Shown piece after piece: positions 9,845-16,805 of a DNA stretch of 64,000 nucleotides. The translations under genes were made by a program, and so were the position numbers. The notes under the pieces are model-generated. The model did not search any database and was not told where the DNA came from. It saw only the letters and a program-made list of their open reading frames with translations. The stretch's first letter is position 1, and every line of letters begins with the position of its first letter. The stretch lies in the IMG/VR virus record IMGVR_UViG_3300047551_003251; one strand, 5' to 3'. The stretch comes from a virus.

Positions 9845-10967
9845 AGATCGAAGTTATCCACCTATAGGCAAGGAACTTAAATACCAGCGCGGCGATGGTG
9901 CTGTTGTCACGCTTAAGATTGACCAGCCTGTTACGCGTCCTGCCGCCGCTGTATCTTTTAACGAATTGCCTAAAGTACAAGTAATGCCAGACGTTGCGGA
10001 CCTGCCTAATCCTCAGCCGGAGCCTATAGCGCCGGTACGGCAGTTTGTTAATACACCGATGACCGCATTCTTATGTTTCCGTGCGAATAGCACGCTTGCG
10101 CAGCAAAAGGCTTGCTTGGATTCGTTTTTAACAACTACGCAACCGGACCAACTTGAAGTTCGCGTTGTAATGATTGGCGCGGACAACGAAACCAGAAAGC
10201 TTGTACAAGATTACATCAAAGCCGGATTTGTTGCGCAGGCATATGTTTTTTCGCAAAACACAGACAAGTTTGCGGCGATGGCGCGCGTGTGGCACGATAA
10301 CGCTTGCCGGATTACCAGCACATGGGTGCTATGGGCGGACGACTGTGTTATGGCTGACGTGCAACCTGACTGGTTTACAACAACGCTGCAGTTAATAACA
10401 ACTGGCAAAAATACGCATACTGCACATTTGTTTGGCAGTAAGTATGGTCAAACTGTAAGTCCTGACTTTAGAGACTGGATTAAAGCAGCGCCGTGGTATA
10501 AAAAGCGACCCCTACGTAACCGTAACGGACAGTCAGATGCGACGGGAACACTGACGTACTTTGTGCAATCTCAATGTTTCATTGTAAGTAACGAAGCTAT
10601 TCAAGCTGCAAATCTGCCAGATGCGCGCGCAAACCAGCAGTGCGGTGCCGTAATTATCGGCGAGCAGATTTACCAGCAAGGATTTAGTGTTCGGCAATTC
10701 AACAGCGACGGTAAAATCATTCGTAACCTGGAGAAGCCGGCTATTTCTGGCAGCTGGCCTGTGCCGGGGTCCAAGAATTATGCACCGGGTTATTGCGGAG
10801 ACTGGTATCGGCTGGTGGAAGGTCCACCAAGTATTCCTGTTGAAGTAATCGAAAAACCGATGCCTGAAGTGCAGCGCCAAGAAGTTCAACCAGTAGACTC
10901 AAAATACAAAAAGGTCGGTAAATGGACAGTGTTCAACCTACCGCCGCTGCCCGCAACATCCACTTAA
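9831..10967 (+). CDS. GT2/GT-A-like protein, degenerate paralog of 55372..56082
   Basis: Start moved to ATG 9831; DKFAAMARVWHD..ITSTWVLWADD and PWYKKRPLR align with KYPMMRKMFYD..ITTPYVMWFDDD and PWYTNRPLR. Confidence 0.6.
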   Translation: MSTYEDRSYPPIGKELKYQRGDGAVVTLKIDQPVTRPAAAVSFNELPKVQVMPDVADLPNPQPEPIAPVRQFVNTPMTAFLCFRANSTLAQQKACLDSFLTTTQPDQLEVRVVMIGADNETRKLVQDYIKAGFVAQAYVFSQNTDKFAAMARVWHDNACRITSTWVLWADDCVMADVQPDWFTTTLQLITTGKNTHTAHLFGSKYGQTVSPDFRDWIKAAPWYKKRPLRNRNGQSDATGTLTYFVQSQCFIVSNEAIQAANLPDARANQQCGAVIIGEQIYQQGFSVRQFNSDGKIIRNLEKPAISGSWPVPGSKNYAPGYCGDWYRLVEGPPSIPVEVIEKPMPEVQRQEVQPVDSKYKKVGKWTVFNLPPLPATST

Positions 10968-11242
10968 CCAAGGAATTTATTTACGTTTGTTTGCAGGATC
11001 CTGCTTTTTTTAATGCAGTTCCAGTGTTTATGGATTTAGCAGACACGGCAGCTGCAACAGTAACCTACGCCGCCGACAATGATATACCGCCGCGGCAGGC
11101 GCTATGGGGCTGCGTTGTAGCGATTTACAAAAGGATTAGCGAACTACCAGCAGCAGCCTGGGAGCCGCAATTAACTGCGTACATACAGGCGCGTACAGGC
11201 GGTAAACCAATTAAACTAGCTATTCCAAGGCTATTTTCGTAA
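10922..11242 (+). CDS. Hypothetical protein
   Basis: 106-aa ORF in operon orientation. Confidence 0.5.
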   Translation: MDSVQPTAAARNIHLTKEFIYVCLQDPAFFNAVPVFMDLADTAAATVTYAADNDIPPRQALWGCVVAIYKRISELPAAAWEPQLTAYIQARTGGKPIKLAIPRLFS

Positions 11243-11273
11243 GCTGGATAAACCTCTATTCAAGGAAGAAAGC

Positions 11274-12272
11274 ATGCCAGCAGTTGAACGCGGATTCACA
11301 ATAACCCACACAACCAGCCACTACATTTATGGCCGTTATGACGGTGTGCGGGTACGTATCAGTGTGGACGAGGCGTGTAATGTAACGCCTAAGATATTTG
11401 CTTACCGCATGTTGCCTGTGGATCCTAATACAGGCGCAGCAGAAGGGCATTTTAGCCACATCTGCTCATCTGTAGATTTAGCCGAGTACCCAGAAGATGC
11501 CCCTGTACCCGGTGCCTCGCCGGCGTGGTTTCGCTTAAACTACGTAGATGTAATTTTGCGGTCATGGGCGGAAGCTTTGGACTTTATTGACGTTGTATAC
11601 GAGGATGTCCGCAGTTTGAAAGATAGCTTGGACAACATGGATGAAATAGTCGGTACAACGCAAATTACAATTGGTGCAATCTGCCCTGTAGATAGTTCAT
11701 CGTCCAGCGTATCCAGCAGCAGTAGCTCATCCAGCAGCCAAGTGTATGAGTCTTTTGTAGTAACTGCTGCACCGGCTGAATCTCGCGGCTTTGGCGCTGG
11801 TGTAGAATGGGTAGATGCGGCAGTTACATTACCCGGTGGCGCTTTAAGTCAGGTATTACTTATGTACGGCTTTGATTTTACTGAAATTCCAGCTGATGCC
11901 GTTATCCGTGGGATTATCGTATCGCCTAGTTTACGCTGGGCTGACAACGAAGCATCGTTATCCAGCGCAAGCGCCAGTGCATCTGCAACAGATTACTGCC
12001 CTGAGCTGATTTACGCGACCGTACACCACCCAGAACAAGGTATGGGCACTGATCCACTGTCTTCAGTTTGCGTAAGCGGACCAGCGTTTGAAAACTACGA
12101 GTACGGCGCAGATGATGAACTTTGGGGTAAATCCTGGACTGTAGGTGATGTACATCGCGGCGAGTTCGGTATTGCGCTAGTTGTACGTGCAGATACGCTG
12201 CCGGGTGAAATACCGATTGAAGCAAGTTTAGAGAACAGCACAATTACGATTCACTACGACATTCCGGTATGA
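11274..12272 (+). CDS. Hypothetical virion-associated protein with two Ser-rich tracts
   Basis: SD AAGGAAG; SSSSSVSSSSSSSSS (11694-11738) and SLSSASASASA (11955-11987). Confidence 0.6.
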   Translation: MPAVERGFTITHTTSHYIYGRYDGVRVRISVDEACNVTPKIFAYRMLPVDPNTGAAEGHFSHICSSVDLAEYPEDAPVPGASPAWFRLNYVDVILRSWAEALDFIDVVYEDVRSLKDSLDNMDEIVGTTQITIGAICPVDSSSSSVSSSSSSSSSQVYESFVVTAAPAESRGFGAGVEWVDAAVTLPGGALSQVLLMYGFDFTEIPADAVIRGIIVSPSLRWADNEASLSSASASASATDYCPELIYATVHHPEQGMGTDPLSSVCVSGPAFENYEYGADDELWGKSWTVGDVHRGEFGIALVVRADTLPGEIPIEASLENSTITIHYDIPV

Positions 12273-12586
12273 GCAAGCCTGCACCTCGGATGATTTATCT
12301 GGAAGACCGGGTTATCAACCAAATGCTTGGTGACCCGCGGATCCTCCAGCTGATCCCGTCGCTTAATAGCATTAAGGCAACTATTCAAAAGCTGAACTCC
12401 AACACCTGCGCGATGTGCCAGGCTGTTAAAAAACGGGAGCTGATTAACGCTACCCGTCTAGCTAAGCAGTATGTGCTTGGCGCTTCTCGCGATACGCAGG
12501 CTAAAGTAAAAGCGCTGATGCGTGTCGATCAAATTCGGGTTGTAGAAAAACCCGCGGCCGGCAAACCAATTATTCGCGTAATCTAG
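12269..12586 (+). CDS. Hypothetical protein (CxxC)
   Basis: ATGA coupling; CAMC. Confidence 0.6.
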   Translation: MSKPAPRMIYLEDRVINQMLGDPRILQLIPSLNSIKATIQKLNSNTCAMCQAVKKRELINATRLAKQYVLGASRDTQAKVKALMRVDQIRVVEKPAAGKPIIRVI

Positions 12587-12589
12587 CGC

Positions 12590-13096
12590 TTAACTCAACT
12601 GCTGAATTTTGTGCGTTTCCAAATAAGCTATGGCCTGCTGCAAGCTGGTGCTGTTGTCTTTGAAATGCCCAAGCCCCTTGTTGCAACTGGCGCATAAAAC
12701 GCCGCGAATGTGGCCGCGCGCATGGCAATGATCTAAGTGTGGCTTGTTTTTAGAATCAAACTTAACCGCACAGATTTCGCAGCAGGGTTGGCTGCAGTAC
12801 TGCTCGTACTCCTCTAAGCTGATCCCAAATTTAGTTTTCGCGTGCCTTCTCCGTCTGTCTCGTGATAGTTTTTCATAATTTTTATGGTAGTACGCTTTCT
12901 GATATTCATTCCATTTCTTGCTGTTTTTCCTTTGCCATTCTTGAGTGCATTGAATCTGGCATTGTTTGCAGAAGCTACTCGCACCATTTTTATGACTAGA
13001 GTTCCGATGAAACTCAGTTTTTAGTAGCGTTCTTTTACACCTAGAACATGTATGTTCGCTTGTTGTCGCTGCCTCGCTAGTTTTGATTTTGGTCAT
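12590..13096 (-). CDS. Free-standing HNH endonuclease, recombination endonuclease VII family
   Basis: CSRC...CKQC N-terminus; CEIC...HLDHCHARGHIRGVLCASCNKGLGHFKD; start moved to ATG 13096 after GGGA. Confidence 0.85.
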   Translation of the reverse strand: MTKIKTSEAATTSEHTCSRCKRTLLKTEFHRNSSHKNGASSFCKQCQIQCTQEWQRKNSKKWNEYQKAYYHKNYEKLSRDRRRRHAKTKFGISLEEYEQYCSQPCCEICAVKFDSKNKPHLDHCHARGHIRGVLCASCNKGLGHFKDNSTSLQQAIAYLETHKIQQLS

Positions 13097-13200
13097 AACA
13101 ATCCCTTGCGTGTAAAACATTTTGCTGCGTATGGCAATCCTAACAAACAAAACAACTATAAAGAAGCTGTCAAACATGGTGCTAATTTATTGAAAAAAAC

Positions 13201-13215
13201 GCGTCATATAAGGTG
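13201..13215 (+). promoter_or_regulatory. Conserved upstream motif GCGTCATATAAGGTG (copy A), putative phage promoter
   Basis: Exact copy at 63330-63344, two-mismatch copy at 13862-13876; all preceded by an A-tract and followed by an SD and gene. Confidence 0.6.
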
Positions 13216-13290
13216 ATCGTACTTAGTTAGTACGTTGGGTAAACCAAGCACCCATTAAACACTTGCTGCTTGGAAAAAGGAGGACGTATG
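13201..13290 (+). repeat. Duplicated structured leader, copy A
   Basis: Homologous to 13862-13956 with compensatory stem changes; ends in AAAGGAGGAC-ATG. Confidence 0.75.
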
Positions 13291-13557
13291 TCTAGGCTGA
13301 TTGAAAGAATGTTGTCTTGCCTGGCGATCAGTGCGGTTATTGGTTGCGTAGCAGCCTTAACGCCGATCAAACAACAAGTGGTTGTAACAACATCCACTGA
13401 CGCGCGTTACATTGTAGAATTTAACTGTTCTATCGCCGGTTGGTTTGAGCGAGAAGAACAGTTAAACGCTTTAATTGTAAACCGCACTGCTAGCCAAGAA
13501 GCAATTCGCGATGCTTTTGAGGCTACCGGCCTCATTTGTACCGTCAAGGAGCTGTAA
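13288..13557 (+). CDS. Hypothetical protein with N-terminal hydrophobic/signal-like segment
   Basis: SD AGGAGG before ATG 13288. Confidence 0.7.
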   Translation: MSRLIERMLSCLAISAVIGCVAALTPIKQQVVVTTSTDARYIVEFNCSIAGWFEREEQLNALIVNRTASQEAIRDAFEATGLICTVKEL

Positions 13558-13839
13558 ATGTATCAGCTCGAACAGTGGGCACTGCGTACGCTGCCCGGTT
13601 CTTTCATAGCACCAGAAGCCGCAGATTTGGCGCTAACCGGGTATGTCTTGGATCACCCAAAACATGCCCCAGACAAGATGATCTGCACTTCTCCAATCGT
13701 GCAGGTCGAAGGTAAACGTGTCACTACTTCTAGTGGTAGCGTTTACATCTTGGGCGAGCCTGAAGAGGGCTACGCCCAATATTGCCGAGAAATCGGCCTG
13801 CCTATCGACCCTGAGCAGCCAATCAGGGTCAAAAAATAA
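13558..13839 (+). CDS. Conserved-looking phage hypothetical protein
   Basis: TAAATG coupling; GYVLDHP..ICTSPIV...VTTSSGSVYILG. Confidence 0.7.
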   Translation: MYQLEQWALRTLPGSFIAPEAADLALTGYVLDHPKHAPDKMICTSPIVQVEGKRVTTSSGSVYILGEPEEGYAQYCREIGLPIDPEQPIRVKK

Positions 13840-13861
13840 CACCTTAATTGCCACGAAAACC

Positions 13862-13956
13862 GCGGCATATAGGGTGAACCATACTTAGGTAGTATGGGTC
13901 GGGTAAACCTGCGCACCCGTTTAACACTTGCATCGCGCAGAAAAGGAGGACTTATG
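13862..13956 (+). repeat. Duplicated structured leader, copy B (includes promoter-motif copy B, 13862-13876)
   Basis: GCGGCATATAGGGTG...CATACT-taggt-AGTATG...CGGGT-aaacctgcgc-ACCCG...AAAAGGAGGACTT-ATG. Confidence 0.75.
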
Positions 13957-14067
13957 TCCATTGATCTTGCTATTGTTGGATCCATCGCCGCTGCAGCAGC
14001 AGCGGTTATCGGCTTTGCGATGGGATACATCCGGGGGTGCGAAGAGCGTCGCCGGGAAGAAAGCTAA
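13954..14067 (+). CDS. 37-aa single-TM small protein missed by the ORF track (MSIDLAIVGSIAAAAAAVIGFAMGYIRGCEERRREES)
   Basis: Perfect SD AGGAGG, ATG 13954, TAA 14065-14067; hydrophobic helix followed by a charged tail. Confidence 0.75.
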   Translation: MSIDLAIVGSIAAAAAAVIGFAMGYIRGCEERRREES

Positions 14068-14076
14068 ACCAAGTCC

Positions 14077-14500
14077 GGCGGGACGTTAAACACGCATTAT
14101 TCCCTGCCTACACATGGGCCAGTAAATGTGTAGGTAAATCCCACGGTGGTTCACTCTCGTGGTGTCAGTACTAGACAAGCTGACGATATACCTAGTGAAT
14201 GGCGTTGCAGTGATGAACTGCGGTGTCGGTACTCTTTACCCGCTTAGCTCCTGGTCAGAGCGAAGCAAACTACGTTTTGTGTCGAGACCTGACGAGGTCG
14301 GTAAACATACGTCGATCGCCTAATACCAGCTTTTGGTGGTAATTAGGATCGTAAACCATGTACCAAAAGTAAAGGGGTACATACCCGTAGTCAAAGGATG
14401 CAGCGGAGGGGCATGGCTCCGCAACGGTATTATTCCCGGCGCGAGCCGGGCTCCATTGCCCCACCAGGATTGCAAGTGTTCCTGGTGGGGTTTTCTTTTG
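14077..14500 (+). ncRNA. Candidate large structured RNA or cis-regulatory leader, unknown family
   Basis: At least 11 consecutive stem-loops (e.g. CCTACACAT/ATGTGTAGG, CCCGGC-gcga-GCCGGG) ending in an 11-bp terminator with a U-tract. Confidence 0.55.
14459..14500 (+). terminator. Rho-independent terminator
   Basis: CCCCACCAGGA/TCCTGGTGGGG followed by TTTTCTTTTG. Confidence 0.8.
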
Positions 14501-14513
14501 TTATCACACTTGC

Positions 14514-14552
14514 GCCGGGCATGGTATTGCAGGTTCGATTCCTGCACCGGCA
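14514..14552 (+). other. tRNA-like remnant (T-arm plus short acceptor-like stem, no D or anticodon arm)
   Basis: GCAGG-TTCGATT-CCTGC T-arm; GCCGG/CCGGC stem. Confidence 0.45.
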
Positions 14553-14668
14553 CTCCGCTCCAATCTGCAGGAGCAAATACGAATACGTGTGTATTCGTAT
14601 ATTCACTTGACGCCAGCGCTGTTCATGTGCGCTGGGTTGCAGATCGTAAAACTCGAAAGGAGAATAAC

Positions 14669-15277
14669 ATGAATAAGTTCGTAATTTTGAGCGTGTTGAC
14701 GATCATCGCCCTTGTCTTGACTGCGAGCAGCAATGCGCAGTCGTTCAGTCGAGCAGCGCTTGACGGGAACTGGGTGGCCACGTACATCGAACGGGACGGT
14801 AAACCCCAGTTAGATGCATACGCTAACGTTGGACCGGTGCTTAACATCCAGCACGGCGAGCGGGTCGAGATTAAGCGAAGTCCTGAAGGTTACAGGCAGC
14901 TGCGTACCGCAAATGAAACCATCAATCTGGGTATTAACCCAGGATGGTTTTACTGCGAATCGGAGTTGACCATCGGCAACAGTGATGGCTTTTACCGCTT
15001 TGAAGGCGGCAAGCTCTATCTGGTAGTAGTTGGCGAGGCTAATCGATGGGCGCTGCCGCCTACAATGCCAAAGCAAACTCGAATTAACGATAAGTTAACG
15101 CTTATCGTGCTTGAGCGAGCAGTGCCAGTCGAAGTTGCAAAGCCAGCGCCGGCTGCACCTGCAGCCCCTGCGGCTGCTCCTGCGGCTCCTGTTGCTCCTG
15201 CGGCTCCAGCCCCTGCTCCAGTCGCTCCAGAAGCGCCTGTTGCACCTGAAGCTACTGCGCCTCAACAGGCGCAGTAG
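14669..15277 (+). CDS. Secreted TIGR03067-like (Planctomycete-type) domain protein with Pro/Ala-rich tail
   Basis: SD AAAGGAG, ATG 14669; signal peptide MNKFVILSVLTIIALVLTASSNA; LDGNWVATYIERDGK...GFYRFEGGKLYL...LIVLER. Confidence 0.65.
   Translation: MNKFVILSVLTIIALVLTASSNAQSFSRAALDGNWVATYIERDGKPQLDAYANVGPVLNIQHGERVEIKRSPEGYRQLRTANETINLGINPGWFYCESELTIGNSDGFYRFEGGKLYLVVVGEANRWALPPTMPKQTRINDKLTLIVLERAVPVEVAKPAPAAPAAPAAAPAAPVAPAAPAPAPVAPEAPVAPEATAPQQAQ
15143..15262 (+). repeat. Coding low-complexity ~9-nt periodic repeat (APA/APV/APE)
   Basis: gctcctgcg-type units. Confidence 0.8.
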
Positions 15278-15307
15278 TAGCCACGCCGGGCTAACCGGCG
15301 TAACCAA

Positions 15308-15340
15308 TCCCTTGTGCTAAACACACGGGGGATTTTTTTT
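15308..15340 (+). terminator. Rho-independent terminator
   Basis: Imperfect TCCCTTGTG/CACACGGGGGA stem plus T8; preceded by hairpin ACGCCGG/CCGGCGT. Confidence 0.7.
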
Positions 15341-15458
15341 AGCTATCTGGCCGGCAGCTTATTTTCCAGCGTATAATCAAGGCCTCGCCGGAGGTCTTGG
15401 TTCCCCACCTTTAACATAACCAATCACGGTTATTTTTTTTAGCTCTCAGGAGTTTGTA

Positions 15459-15728
15459 ATGGCTATTGAAGTTTTAGACGTAAACGTAACCGGTCGTAAC
15501 GTAAAGGTTTTGGTTCGCGGTGATTCCAAGGATGAAGTAGAGTCCGCAGATGCTCGCCATAAAGCGATTGCAGAAGCGCAGGCCCGTGGTGTAAATAACC
15601 CTGGAATCTCCGGTTCTGTACTGGCATATCCTGTCGATACACAGAATGTTGAGATTGGATTGGACCGCGCGAAGACAACGGAAGCCGCGGGCTTCTGTGC
15701 TGAGATTCCGCTTGTAGGAATGCCGTGA
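15459..15728 (+). CDS. Hypothetical protein
   Basis: SD CAGGAG. Confidence 0.75.
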   Translation: MAIEVLDVNVTGRNVKVLVRGDSKDEVESADARHKAIAEAQARGVNNPGISGSVLAYPVDTQNVEIGLDRAKTTEAAGFCAEIPLVGMP

Positions 15729-16165
15729 AAACCGTAAAAGAAATTCTGGCTACTATTCAACCGCCCCTGTACCGCATGTACGTGGAGCGGTTTTTTTCTG
15801 CCCAGTTAAAACTAAACCCGGCCCAGCCACCTACGGATACAGGTCTTTTAATCCTGTCGTTTGCAGAATTACTGCCAACGCTGGGCGTGTTGAATGAAGA
15901 ACATTATGTTTCTTTATTGCAGCTATTTGTTGATAATGTAGACACATTCACAACTGAACCAGTACTGTTTGTGATTGTAGAAAATACGCATGTACTGCTG
16001 CCCGGATTGCTGCCAGTAAATCTAAAAACGATGACGGCAGAAACCGATAAGTTACCGCAGTGGATACGTACGGAAACCTACAATCTGACACAGTTGTGTC
16101 GTGAGAATCGATTCCGCCGCTGGAAAGGTAACTCTAATGAATCCAATGCAGGATGCGTTGATTGA
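15725..16165 (+). CDS. Hypothetical protein
   Basis: GTGA coupling. Confidence 0.65.
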   Translation: MKTVKEILATIQPPLYRMYVERFFSAQLKLNPAQPPTDTGLLILSFAELLPTLGVLNEEHYVSLLQLFVDNVDTFTTEPVLFVIVENTHVLLPGLLPVNLKTMTAETDKLPQWIRTETYNLTQLCRENRFRRWKGNSNESNAGCVD

Positions 16166-16805
16166 TGAAAACTCGTTGGCAACTGTACTACTGGTGATTC
16201 TGGTAGATACATACGGCACGGAAGCTGTAGACGAATGGGCGGCGCCTACGATTCAGGCAGAGTTAGAAGATGATTTCAACGTGCAGCTGCCGCCAGATAA
16301 TCTGGATAAGCTGATGGCGGCAATAGCTGTATTGAAATCAAACGCGTTTTACAAGTCGTTACCCGACTTTATTAGATTATGTAATGCGCTGGCAGGCGCT
16401 GGGTACAATCCCGGCGTATTTGATCCGGCAGACGCGGAAGAAATTGCCTGGGGTGTAACAGAAGCATTGCTGCTATCGCCACCAGAAGAAGACGATCCGT
16501 TTGCTGCTGAGATTAAAGAGTACATAAGCGCAACTCTTCGCAGTGAAGGGTTTACTTCAGCCCCTGACGTGCTGTCCAGCATTTACAAGTTAAGTTCTCA
16601 AGTAGTTGGATCTTACGAAGAAATGGCTTTGGAAGATCCAGAATTGTTCGAAACCGCATACGGTATAGCAGCTGATAAAACGTCTGACGTAGACGCAATA
16701 ATCAATGATCGCTTGCGCATGTTGATTGCGCAACTATCGCGCTTACCTCTGCGATCAGGTAGCGCGAAAGCAGTTGTGGATCGCCTAACCGAAACGATTA
16801 CATGA
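16137..16805 (+). CDS. Acidic hypothetical phage protein
   Basis: Start moved to ATG 16137 after AAAGGT. Confidence 0.7.
   Translation: MNPMQDALIDENSLATVLLVILVDTYGTEAVDEWAAPTIQAELEDDFNVQLPPDNLDKLMAAIAVLKSNAFYKSLPDFIRLCNALAGAGYNPGVFDPADAEEIAWGVTEALLLSPPEEDDPFAAEIKEYISATLRSEGFTSAPDVLSSIYKLSSQVVGSYEEMALEDPELFETAYGIAADKTSDVDAIINDRLRMLIAQLSRLPLRSGSAKAVVDRLTETIT

Noticed and set aside
14514-14552. Functional tRNA gene
   Set aside because: No D arm or anticodon arm; only ~40 nt.
14260-14560. tmRNA, hammerhead, RNase P or group I intron identity for the structured RNA
   Set aside because: No G3:U70 acceptor and no tag ORF ending in Ala-Ala; CTGACGA is not followed by a stem and GAAA; the GAGGAAAGUC and P7 consensus motifs are absent.
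14068-14668. GGY/NN-type 5-nt periodic guide array
   Set aside because: No sustained GGYNN or NNRCC periodicity seen in this or the other intergenic regions by eye; a computational scan is still warranted.
14333-14668. N-terminal extension of the 14333..15277 ORF
   Set aside because: It runs through the hairpins and terminator; the SD and signal peptide place the start at 14669.
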